Origin: an uncultured virus (IMG/VR IMGVR_UViG_3300031673_000016)
Taxonomy: Duplodnaviria; Heunggongvirae; Uroviricota; Caudoviricetes
Strand: one strand, 5' to 3'
Length of the DNA stretch: 20,000 nt
IMG/VR virus record: IMGVR_UViG_3300031673_000016
Below are positions 8,042 to 20,000 of the stretch, in pieces (the stretch's first letter is position 1; every line of letters starts with the position of its first letter). A model generated the notes under the pieces. It was given only the letters and a program-made list of their open reading frames with translations, did not search any database and had not been told where the DNA came from. The translations under genes and the position numbers were made by a program.

Positions 8042-8902
8042 ATGGACGAAGGACAGCGGATCGCTCTCGCTGGCGGCGAGTTCAACATAGATAACGCGTT
8101 CATCCTGAACGGCGTAGCCTTCGACATCGGAACGCGGGTCATCAAGTGGACCGAAAAGGGCGGCTTCAACCAGTACCTTACCAACCGTTCGGTCGTGACG
8201 ACCGAAGACCGGAAGACCGGGAAGGTGACGACGAAGGTCATCAAGGGGAAGCGGTACAAGAAGCGCGCACTCGTCGGCAATCCGGTCGCGGCGATCCGGC
8301 AGTTCTTCATCCATCATAGCGGTGGCGACGGCCGGAACCCGTCTGGGATGTACGAGACGCTCCACAACCAGCGTGGCCTGTCGGTCCACTTCGCCGTCGA
8401 GGACGACGGCCGGATCTACCAGTTCCTCGACGCCGTCGAGTGCGCCTTCCATGGCGGAAACCACAACTCGTACAGCATCGGAGTCGAGAGCTGCCTGTAT
8501 CCCGATGCTGAGGAGCGGCCGAACTACTACTCGGCAAAGAACAGAAATAGGACAGGAAACCTTCCGCATACATCCGGAGTGGAGGTCATCCAGGGCGTGA
8601 AGCGCAAGGTTTTCTGTTTCACCGAACCGCAGGCAGAGGCGCTATCGCTTCTGGCAGCTGGCTGCTGGGCTGGTGTCGCCATGCTCACGAAGAGCATCGC
8701 ACGGCTCAATATCCCGCCGGTCTTTCCGAAGGTCGACGGCAAGATCCCGCGATCTGTTTTCGCGGGTAACCAACAGCACGTCGGCCTGATAGGCCACCTT
8801 CACTGCACGGATAAGAAGTGGGATCCGGCCGGATTCCCGTGGGAATCGTTCGAGGCGCGCGTCGGGTCTGTGTTTGCGAGGATGGTGCAGAAGATCAGCT
8901 GA
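8042..8902 (+). CDS. N-acetylmuramoyl-L-alanine amidase (Amidase_2 family), probable endolysin
   Basis: FFIHHSG, LSVHFAVEDDGRIYQF, AFHGG-HNSYSIGVE and IGHLH...KWDP Zn-amidase motifs. Confidence 0.88.
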   Translation: MDEGQRIALAGGEFNIDNAFILNGVAFDIGTRVIKWTEKGGFNQYLTNRSVVTTEDRKTGKVTTKVIKGKRYKKRALVGNPVAAIRQFFIHHSGGDGRNPSGMYETLHNQRGLSVHFAVEDDGRIYQFLDAVECAFHGGNHNSYSIGVESCLYPDAEERPNYYSAKNRNRTGNLPHTSGVEVIQGVKRKVFCFTEPQAEALSLLAAGCWAGVAMLTKSIARLNIPPVFPKVDGKIPRSVFAGNQQHVGLIGHLHCTDKKWDPAGFPWESFEARVGSVFARMVQKIS

Positions 8903-8920
8903 CGTGCGACGGAGGACGTG

Positions 8921-9823
8921 ATGAAGTTTCAGAAATTGGTCCCTTCAATCCTGTGGATTGCCATCGCCGCGGCGATCATGTCGATGGCGTCTGCGATGTC
9001 GTTCGTGTCTGAAAACCTGGAAGATCAGGCGCCGGTCGAGTTGATATCCTACGGATCGATTTCTGACGTCGAGGTCGAGGAACTATTCGGCGTCGAGCCA
9101 CTGCCGACGACCGAGATGGTTGTCGAGACGATAACTGAGATGACGACCGAGCAGATCGACCGCGTCCGACTGATCGGACGCATCGCCCATGGTGTCAGGA
9201 AGGTCGGCCTCTGGAAGGGCGGCGGGCGCTGGTGGGAGTGCGGAGAAAGGTACGCGCCAGACGAGGAGCTTCTTGCGTCCATCGAATGGGCTAATCGGAT
9301 CGTGACGCTCGCCTGGGAATACTCGGATCGTGGAAGCACGAACGGCTACCAGGTTAACCCGTGGGAAATCGCCGGTGTAGCTGCGAACGAGTGCGGGTTC
9401 GACCGCTGCGCGTTGGGGAAATGGCCGAGGCGGTGGGGCTACGACCACGGGACGATCAAGCGGAGCCGACTCGGGATTTCGCATAGCTATGAGGAGATCG
9501 AACGCACGCTGAATGACCCGCGAGCCGAGAATATCTGGAAGACGGTCGGCCTGGACGGTGCTCCGCTCCACGTCCTGTGGCGGTGCGAGGCCGGACAGTG
9601 CTGGCCGAAGTTCAACAAGGAGGAACTGCCACCAATTCCGATGCGCGAGGTATTCTCGCTCGGGACGGGCTTCGAGTACAACGTGCGCGAGATGAAAAAG
9701 CGCGCCATCGACAACCGCACCAACCGCCCGTCGATGTACTGGAAGGGCTACAAGTGCGACTGGTATGACGAGAAGATTCGCAACTGGGAGAAGCGCCTCG
9801 GAGCGAGGCCGGAAGAGGTCTGA
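8921..9823 (+). CDS. Exported or membrane-anchored protein with SLT/lytic-transglycosylase-like motif
   Basis: RBS GGAGG (GTG8918 is an alternative start). Hydrophobic N-terminus. YQVNPWEIAGVAANECGFDRCA resembles SLT motif I. Confidence 0.5.
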   Translation: MKFQKLVPSILWIAIAAAIMSMASAMSFVSENLEDQAPVELISYGSISDVEVEELFGVEPLPTTEMVVETITEMTTEQIDRVRLIGRIAHGVRKVGLWKGGGRWWECGERYAPDEELLASIEWANRIVTLAWEYSDRGSTNGYQVNPWEIAGVAANECGFDRCALGKWPRRWGYDHGTIKRSRLGISHSYEEIERTLNDPRAENIWKTVGLDGAPLHVLWRCEAGQCWPKFNKEELPPIPMREVFSLGTGFEYNVREMKKRAIDNRTNRPSMYWKGYKCDWYDEKIRNWEKRLGARPEEV

Positions 9824-9826
9824 CCA

Positions 9827-10141
9827 ATGGCCGAACCACTGATTGATTCCGTCGACCTGCTCCTTGCGTCGGCGAGGCCGGGAGGGACGCCGCACAAGAG
9901 GCTCCTGAAGTACCGCGACCAGCTTGAGAGGAACGTCATGCTAGGTCCGGCGTCGCTGCGGTTTATCAGGGATCTCCTTATCCAGATGTCAGGCACCATC
10001 GAGTGCCGCAACCTGACCGAGATCGGTAGGTGTCGAAAGACACGACTCGGATGTGATCACGTCGATGACAACAAGATGTGCAGACTGTACTCGGCGGCGC
10101 GCCCGCAGACGAAGGGGACACCCCTCGGGAGGATGAAATGA
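9827..10141 (+). CDS. Hypothetical protein with C-terminal four-Cys cluster
   Basis: Fills the gap between neighbours. ATGA overlap downstream. ECRN..GRC..LGC..MC pattern. Confidence 0.7.
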   Translation: MAEPLIDSVDLLLASARPGGTPHKRLLKYRDQLERNVMLGPASLRFIRDLLIQMSGTIECRNLTEIGRCRKTRLGCDHVDDNKMCRLYSAARPQTKGTPLGRMK

Positions 10142-10490
10142 AAAAGGCGATCATCGGACTCTATCGGCACGACGAACGTACGAAGACCTCTCGACTCGTC
10201 GAACGGATCGAAATGGACGAGGAGTTCGAGACGCTGACCAGGAAGAATACCTGGAAGGAAGATGTCAAGATGGTCGTCCACGACCACGGCTTCGAGGTCG
10301 TGGCGCTCAGCCTGGTCCACAGCGGCGCGGACCTCGATGTGAACATCGTCGCGAGCGTCGCGCAGAAGCCTCCGGCGTTCGGCGAGAAGCGGAAGGCGGT
10401 GACGCGCGGCGGTCGAGCGGTAGACGGTCCGGTCAAGACGGGAAAGACGATGGCGACGAAGCGGCGCGCAGCGAAGGAGGCGCCGAGGAG

Positions 10491-10494
<4 letters not shown>
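10138..10494 (+). CDS. Hypothetical protein with basic C-terminus
   Basis: ATG10138 after GGAGG. ATGA overlaps at both ends. Confidence 0.72.
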
Positions 10495-14358
<3,864 letters not shown>

Positions 14359-14359
<1 letters not shown>

Positions 14360-15768
14360 TGAATAGTCTTCGAATCAGTGTTTCAATGATCGTCCGCAGC
14401 GAGGAGGCGTGTCTGGCTACGGCGCTGGCATCGGTGGTGGGCGCGGACGAGTTGGTGGTCGTGGACACGAGCCTGCCAACCGATCCGTATGACCGCACGC
14501 TGGAGATCGCGCTGGACTACGGAGCGCAGTTGTTTCAGTTTCCGTGGCGTGACGACTTCGCATCAGCGCGGAACTTCGCGCTATCGAAGTGTCACGGGGA
14601 CTACGTGCTTATCATCGACGCCGACGAGGAGTTGGAGCCGGGAGGCATCGAAAAGGTGCGTGCCGCCATCGGTCACATGGGGACGTACAAGACGATGAGC
14701 TTCGAGACGGTGGCCGCCAGGGGTGGAGCGATGCACCGGTCACAGCGGGTGTTCCGCCTCTGCGATGAGGTGTACTGGAAGGGAGCGATTCACAATCACC
14801 TGAGCGTGGCCGAGGCGTATCCAAGTGACGTGCGGATTACGTACGGCTACAGCGAGGCGCACAAGCAGGACCCGGACCGGGCGCTGCGCATCCTGACCAA
14901 GGAGATGGAGCGAGATCCCAAGCTGGTGCGCGAGGCGTACTACCTGGGGCGGGAGCACTGGTATCGGAAGCAGTACGTCGAGGCAGCTCGGTGGTTCGCG
15001 GACTACCTGACCAGGGCGACGTGGGCCCCGGAGATGGCCGACGGGTGGCTGTATCTGGCCCGGTGCCTGTGGCAGCTGCGCCGCGGCGAGGAAGCACGAG
15101 ACGCCTGCTTGCAAGCCATCAAGATCAACGCGGACTTCCGCGAGGCCCTGTTGTTTCTGGCGGAGATATCCGGGCCGAAGAACCGAGAGCGCTGGCGCCT
15201 GTTCGCGGAGCTAGCGAACGATGAGGATGTGCTGTTCGTCCGCTCCCCAGTGGCACAGCCAGCGGAGTATTACGACAGGCTGTTCGCCGCCTCGAAGGAC
15301 ATGACGAGGTATGATCGGCTGCTTCGCATGGCGGCCGACTGGAGCTGGGGGCGCGTCCTGGACGTGTGCTGCGGGACGGGGGAGCTGGCCAAGCACATCG
15401 AGGACTACCACGGTATCGACTTCTCGGCCGAAGCGGTCCGTGACAACCCCAGGACGAGGCATGGGGACGTGTTCCGCGAGAACCTGGCTGGTTACGACAC
15501 CTATGTGATCCTAGAGGCGTTGGAGCATCTGGACGACCGAGCGCTGCTGGCGCGGATCCCGCTGGGGGCGGATGTGGTGTTCTCCGTCCCATCCTTTGCT
15601 GACCCGGCGCATCTGCGGACTTACAACGAGAAGATCGTGAGGCTGCGGTACGCCGATCTGCTCCAGGTGCAGCGGGTGGTCCGGTTCAACTGGACTGGTG
15701 CCGAGTGGAGTCCGGACCAGCAGGACACGCCGAACTACATATTGCTGGTTCGCGCAAGGCGTAGGTGA
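14359..15768 (+). CDS. Glycosyltransferase family 2 + TPR + class I SAM-dependent methyltransferase fusion
   Basis: TGATG coupling to the fibre gene. GT-A motifs ISVSMIVRSEE, ADELVVVDT, WRDDFASARNFAL, IIDADE, WKGAIH. TPR helices AYYLGREHW.../GWLYLARCLWQL.../ALLFLAEI. MTase motifs VLDVCCGTG, GIDFS, EALEHL, VFSVP. Confidence 0.9.
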
Positions 15769-15772
15769 GCAG

Positions 15773-16405
15773 TTGAAGAAAAACGGAAAGCCATACCGCT
15801 CGCCGGCTTTTCTCAGATTCTGCCACGAGCAGATGAAGCCGGCACCGTGCTGCCTGTGCGCCTCTCGTCCGTGGGTAGCCCTCCACCACTTCGGAGACGA
15901 CGGTGGATGCTCCTTGAAGCCGTCCGACAACGAGGTGGCCAGGGTGTGCACCGAGTGCCACATGGCGACCGACGCGAAGCGCCGAGGGCTCCTACGGTCG
16001 GGCCGAGTTGATGTGCTCGAGGCGTACCAGAACGATGCGCTCAAGCTGAACAGGGCGTACGTCCAATGGCTCGAAGGGGAGAAGCGCCGGGCCCTCCCTG
16101 CGTCCAGGTGCCACGGCTGCCGATCCTGCGGTTCGGACGGCCAATGCCTAGCCCGTCTGGAACACGTCGAACCAGGGGCTGACTGCGCGCTCGAGGAGCT
16201 GAACCTGTGGCTCGCGACCGAAGCGCCCGGAATCGGACCGGACGAGCAGCGGGATTGGCTCCTGTCCTGGTCAAACCGAAGGTCGGCGAACGTGATCGGC
16301 TTCCTCGCGGAACCGATGCAGGAAATCGCGACGACGGGTTCAGATGGTGACAGGTTCGTCGCTTGGCGTGCGCTGAAGACAGCGTGCCTGGAGATGGAGG
16401 AGTAG
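15773..16405 (+). CDS. DUF968/HNHc-like zinc-binding (putative nuclease) protein with second Cys cluster
   Basis: Probable TTG start after AGGTGAG. YRSPAFLRF...PCCLC...LHH..GG..LKPSD...VCTECH pattern, later CHGCRSC...C. Confidence 0.65.
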   Translation: MKKNGKPYRSPAFLRFCHEQMKPAPCCLCASRPWVALHHFGDDGGCSLKPSDNEVARVCTECHMATDAKRRGLLRSGRVDVLEAYQNDALKLNRAYVQWLEGEKRRALPASRCHGCRSCGSDGQCLARLEHVEPGADCALEELNLWLATEAPGIGPDEQRDWLLSWSNRRSANVIGFLAEPMQEIATTGSDGDRFVAWRALKTACLEMEE

Positions 16406-16741
16406 ATGACAAGGATCCTGTGTGTCGCGGTGATGCTGGTCGTGTCGGCGTGCTACGCCGGAGGCTTTGCGGAGTATCTGGAGTCGGACGGTGGACTGGA
16501 CACGACGCTGGAGGTTGAGATCGATCAGCTGTTCCAGTGCGATATCATCTGCGGGAATTATCTCCCGTGCTGGCCGCAAGATCCGTACGGAGATCGCTGG
16601 AAGCAGTGCATGGCCAACTGCGAAGAGGCGCTTCCGTACACGCCGCCAGAGGCGGTCACGTGCCTCGTCGAGTGCGACGCTGGGGAAACGTGTCAGCCGT
16701 GGCTGGACTGCCTCGACGACTGCGGGGAGCAGTACCAATGA
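16406..16741 (+). CDS. Cys-rich secreted protein / putative lipoprotein
   Basis: RBS GGAGGAG. MTR + hydrophobic core + VSA-C lipobox-like site. Repeated CxxxC motifs in the mature part. Confidence 0.7.
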   Translation: MTRILCVAVMLVVSACYAGGFAEYLESDGGLDTTLEVEIDQLFQCDIICGNYLPCWPQDPYGDRWKQCMANCEEALPYTPPEAVTCLVECDAGETCQPWLDCLDDCGEQYQ

Positions 16742-17598
16742 CCACGAAGATCGATTGGTGTGACGAAACGATCAACCCGATCACGGGATGCCGCCAGGGG
16801 TGCAGGTTCTGCTACGCCAGGAGGATGGCACATCGGTTCGCGGGCAAGGCCGGAAGCGTATATCAGCGGGTGGCCGCTGCCACGTCCGGGGTAGATCCGG
16901 AAACGGGGATACTGGACGGCGATGGCGATCCGTTCGCCCCGGCGATCCACCTCGACGTTTCGCGGCGCCACGGTGACCGGCTGCGCCGCGCACGCAAGCC
17001 CCGGCGGGTATTCGTCGGGAGCATGGGCGACGTGTGCTTCGATGGTGAGGCCGTGTCGTTCGGCAACGACGGCAAGCCGTTCCAATCCCTCCTGTTCAAC
17101 TACAACACGAACGACGTCCAAGCCCATGTCGCCCGGTTCGCTACCGGCCTTCCGCGCCACACGTTCCTGCTGTTAACTAAGCGCCCGGACCTGCTCGACG
17201 TCCGGATTCTCTGGCCGCGCAACGTCCACTTCGGTGTGACGATTGGGCATGGCATGGCATCCGACTGGGCCAGACTGGGGACCTTCAAGCGCCGTGTGCA
17301 CGGGATGTGCGCCAACGGGCGCCCCGGCGTTCTCTGGGCCAGCGTCGAGCCGCTCGGCGATCCTGGCTTCGACCCTACGTGCCTGACCGGCCTCGATTGG
17401 GTGGTGGTCGGACTACAGACGGGGTCGGGGAAGGCCAGTCCGGGGACGGAGAAGATGACCGCGCTCCTCGGTGCGGTTCAGCGCATCGTTGACTGGTGCG
17501 CCGGGGCTGGGGTTTCGTGCTTCGTGAAGGACAACGCGAGGTACGCTTCGAGCGGCGGTCATCTGTGGCCGCGGCAGATCCCAACCGCAGAAACCTGA
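16738..17598 (+). CDS. DUF5131 (phage Gp37/Gp68) family radical-SAM-like protein
   Basis: MTTKIDWCDETINPITGCRQGCRFCYARRMA, RRVFVGSMGD, HTFLLLTKRP, WPRNVHFGVT, SVEPL, LDWVVVG, FVKDN. Confidence 0.9.
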   Translation: MTTKIDWCDETINPITGCRQGCRFCYARRMAHRFAGKAGSVYQRVAAATSGVDPETGILDGDGDPFAPAIHLDVSRRHGDRLRRARKPRRVFVGSMGDVCFDGEAVSFGNDGKPFQSLLFNYNTNDVQAHVARFATGLPRHTFLLLTKRPDLLDVRILWPRNVHFGVTIGHGMASDWARLGTFKRRVHGMCANGRPGVLWASVEPLGDPGFDPTCLTGLDWVVVGLQTGSGKASPGTEKMTALLGAVQRIVDWCAGAGVSCFVKDNARYASSGGHLWPRQIPTAET

Positions 17599-17611
17599 GA
17601 GGAGAACGACG

Positions 17612-17959
17612 ATGCACGACCAACTGTTTGAGATCCTGCTGGCCCCGGAAGTCATCGCCCTGTCGGCGGCGATCATTGCTCTGCTGTACGGTCTCGGGAA
17701 GATCCCGATCCCGAAGTCGACGCTCGAGAAAAACCGGATCTGGCGTCGCATCCTTCCGGTTCTTCCGCTCGTCTTCGGCGTCGCCGGTTCGCTGATGTTC
17801 GGTTGCAACGAAGACGTTCCTAGGCCGACCGCGCACGCGATCCTGCTCGGACTCTGGTCTGGGTTTGTCGCGGCACACGGAAGGAAAATCTTCAAGCGGG
17901 TCGTCATCGACAAGCTCGGAATGACAACAGACGAAAAGGACGACGAAAAGGAGGCGTGA
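17612..17959 (+). CDS. Putative holin (about 3 transmembrane segments, charged C-terminus)
   Basis: RBS GAGGAG. 115 aa with three hydrophobic stretches and tail DEKDDEKEA. Precedes a spanin-like pair. Confidence 0.6.
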   Translation: MHDQLFEILLAPEVIALSAAIIALLYGLGKIPIPKSTLEKNRIWRRILPVLPLVFGVAGSLMFGCNEDVPRPTAHAILLGLWSGFVAAHGRKIFKRVVIDKLGMTTDEKDDEKEA

Positions 17960-18348
17960 TGTTCTGGATACCGAAGACTGAGATCATAAAGGCGGCGTTC
18001 CCTGCGTTCGCACTCGTCGCAGCTACTGTCGCCGCGCTCGTGCTCGGCGCGGTATTCGCCGCGCGAAGCTGTTCGCCGTCGGGAGGCGACGACTATCTCG
18101 ACGACGCGAAGCGCGCGGTTATCGACGAGGTCGACGCGCGGAGCAAGGACAACCAGGAGAGGATGAAGGTACTCGAGGCCGACCTGTACGATCTGCGTTA
18201 CCAGGTCGACGAGCTCGACGCCGAGGCGAAGGCGAGCGCCAAGGAGCGCGAGGAGATTCACGATGCCATTGAGAACGCTGCTTCTATTGACGACGTTGAC
18301 CGCATCCTTCGTGCTGGGATTCCCGGCGTCAGCGAACGAAGGCGATGA
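17959..18348 (+). CDS. Putative i-spanin-like protein (N-terminal TM + coiled coil)
   Basis: TM AFALVAATVAALVLGAVFAA followed by a heptad-like helical region. TGATG coupling to the holin (GTG17956 is an alternative start). Confidence 0.55.
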   Translation: MFWIPKTEIIKAAFPAFALVAATVAALVLGAVFAARSCSPSGGDDYLDDAKRAVIDEVDARSKDNQERMKVLEADLYDLRYQVDELDAEAKASAKEREEIHDAIENAASIDDVDRILRAGIPGVSERRR

Positions 18349-18811
18349 CGCGGACGCGGGCCCGCCCGAGAGCGTGCGCCCGGCCGCGCTAATCGACATC
18401 CCTGCCGGGGTCGTACTCCGACCGAAGGCCGACGACGGAACGCGCACGACCTTCCGGCCGGATCAGGAGTACAAGTGCTTCACGGCGACGGAATGGATGC
18501 AGATGGGCCACCTCGTCACCGACTACAGGTGGCTCTGGTACAACGCGATCCTGATGGAGAAGCGGTCGCTGCTTCTTGACCAGCAGGTCATGAACCTCGA
18601 ACTCCAGCTCGGAGTCCTGCGCGACGACGTGGCAGCAACCAGGCGTGGACTCGATTCGATGACGGGGCTACTCGAGAAGGAACACGAGAGGAGGCTCGAC
18701 GGGGAGACTGCTCAGCGTATCGAGATCTGGCTATGGAAGATCGGAACGGTCGTCGGCCTGGTTGCGGCCGGCGCGTTCGGCGCGGCCTACGGAGTCGAGA
18801 AGTCACGATGA
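18263..18811 (+). CDS. Exported coiled-coil protein with C-terminal TM; possible non-lipoprotein spanin partner
   Basis: AGGAG RBS inside the upstream gene and an 86-nt out-of-frame overlap. Signal peptide ending ASA, coiled coil, C-terminal IGTVVGLVAAGAFGAAYGV. Confidence 0.6.
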   Translation: MPLRTLLLLTTLTASFVLGFPASANEGDDADAGPPESVRPAALIDIPAGVVLRPKADDGTRTTFRPDQEYKCFTATEWMQMGHLVTDYRWLWYNAILMEKRSLLLDQQVMNLELQLGVLRDDVAATRRGLDSMTGLLEKEHERRLDGETAQRIEIWLWKIGTVVGLVAAGAFGAAYGVEKSR

Positions 18812-19476
18812 ACTACCGGCAGCGAATAGAAAATACTCTCGGGCGCGACGGCGTAGAAGCGATCACGCACAAGCTCGTTATCCACGACGGCGATAAGCAA
18901 CACGACCTGTACATCAAGATCGGCTGGTGGCACGGACGCCCGGTCTGGGTCGACGTCACGATAGCGCAATTCGCGAAAGAGGGCGTGACGGACTCACTCG
19001 TTCTACCGGTGGAGGCGCTTTCGCTGGTAGTCAACCTCCGTCGGAGGATCACTGAAAACACGCGCGCATTGATCGAAGTTATCTGCCGAGAGGCGACCCT
19101 GCTGTTATCGTCTCGCAGGTGTTCGCTCGACGAACTGGCCGACCTTTGGAGGGCCACAGGGGCGGAGCCGAAGGGACGGTGCGAGCAGGTCGTCGACGAC
19201 CTCGGCGACCGCGTCCATGGTCCGCTAGACGCAGCGGCGAAGCTGTTCAAGCTGAAGGCCGAGGAATGGGAGAAGATGATGGCGTACAGCTACACAGACG
19301 AAGAGGTCGATACGATGATCGCCGACTGCCAGAAGGAGCTCGAGGAAAACCCAGACACGTTCACCGGATTCGAGCGCACCTTCATCGAGAGCGTTTCCGA
19401 CGCGAACGAGACTGTGCATCTGACCGACAAGCAGATCGACAAGCTCGAGCAGATCTGGGAAGAACGCTGTGGGTGA
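18808..19476 (+). CDS. Stand-alone divergent TSCPD-like domain protein (class II ribonucleotide reductase C-terminal domain-like) with small acidic C-terminal domain
   Basis: AITHK...DLYIKIG..GRP..V.V...KEG...RALIEVICREATLLL....SLDELADLW.....EPKG...GPLDAAAKLF parallels the NrdJ C-terminal pattern (T.K...YL.TG..G...IFI..KEG...FA..SL.LQ.GVPLE..V..F....FEP.G...S.LDY). Confidence 0.55.
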   Translation: MNYRQRIENTLGRDGVEAITHKLVIHDGDKQHDLYIKIGWWHGRPVWVDVTIAQFAKEGVTDSLVLPVEALSLVVNLRRRITENTRALIEVICREATLLLSSRRCSLDELADLWRATGAEPKGRCEQVVDDLGDRVHGPLDAAAKLFKLKAEEWEKMMAYSYTDEEVDTMIADCQKELEENPDTFTGFERTFIESVSDANETVHLTDKQIDKLEQIWEERCG

Positions 19477-19945
19477 TGCAACCGCCGAGATCCTTGTCGA
19501 GTCCGAGATGATCCCCGGCTATCTGACAGGAGAATTGAAGGCTGAGCCTGGAGAGGTCATCGTCCGCTGCGACGGTATCGACGTCTGCCGCTTTATCGAC
19601 GGCGCGCTCGTCGCTGTCGCGTGCGATCATCCGTCGCACGGTTGCCACCCCAGGTTCAGAGAGAAATACTCCAGACTCCACGAGATCATGGCGAAGCTGC
19701 GGTCGGCCGTAGTGACGGAGTCTGGACCGTGTCCGAAGTGCTCCGGAGCCGGATGGCTTCCGGCAGAATCGGAGGAGGCGAGGCGCGTTGTCTTGCTGTC
19801 GCTGATGGTCGGAATGTGGCGCGGGATCAGGTTCACTCCGAGGAGCTTGCAGGCGATGACGGGCGGTGCTATGATGGACGCAATCCTGATGGGTCACAAG
19901 CCCACTGGTTCCTCTTCCACGCCCGGTCAGGAAGGCTGCTCCTGA
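19469..19945 (+). CDS. Hypothetical Cys/His-rich protein with CPKCSGAG zinc-finger motif
   Basis: GTG start overlapping the upstream end (start uncertain). CDGIDVC, CDHPSHGCH and CxxCxGxG motifs. Confidence 0.6.
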   Translation: MGDATAEILVESEMIPGYLTGELKAEPGEVIVRCDGIDVCRFIDGALVAVACDHPSHGCHPRFREKYSRLHEIMAKLRSAVVTESGPCPKCSGAGWLPAESEEARRVVLLSLMVGMWRGIRFTPRSLQAMTGGAMMDAILMGHKPTGSSSTPGQEGCS

Positions 19946-19983
19946 TCGGGCGATTTTATGTGAAGGGGTCGAAGGCGAAGGCA

Positions 19984-20000
19984 AAGGAGGACGAGATGGA
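19984..20000 (+). promoter_or_regulatory. Strong RBS and start codon of the next gene (runs off the window)
   Basis: AAGGAGG at 19984-19990 and ATG at 19996. Confidence 0.6.

Overview
A GC-rich, tightly packed phage or prophage segment with every supported gene on the + strand and many ATGA/TGATG start-stop overlaps. The host is probably Gram-negative; Myxococcota/Deltaproteobacteria is only a guess. Left part (1-6149) is a recombination/replication module: a 5'-truncated Cas4-like PD-(D/E)XK protein with a DnaJ-type Zn finger, a free-standing HNH endonuclease, YqaJ exonuclease, RecT, a replication initiator containing a perfect 44-bp iteron-like palindrome (candidate origin), and a DnaB helicase. 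The middle has hypothetical genes, an Amidase_2 endolysin and an exported protein with an SLT-like motif. The most striking feature is a ~1020-aa collagen-like (Gly-X-Thr) fibre with a low-GC LamG-like tip, translationally coupled to a GT2-TPR-SAM methyltransferase fusion. This suggests a phage-encoded fibre O-glycosylation/glycan-methylation system. The right part has a DUF968-like Zn protein, a Cys-rich lipoprotein, a DUF5131 radical-SAM-like protein, a holin plus an atypical overlapping spanin-like pair, and a stand-alone TSCPD (NrdJ C-terminal-like) domain protein. No RNA genes or CRISPR arrays were seen. All family calls come from motif recognition by eye, not database searches.
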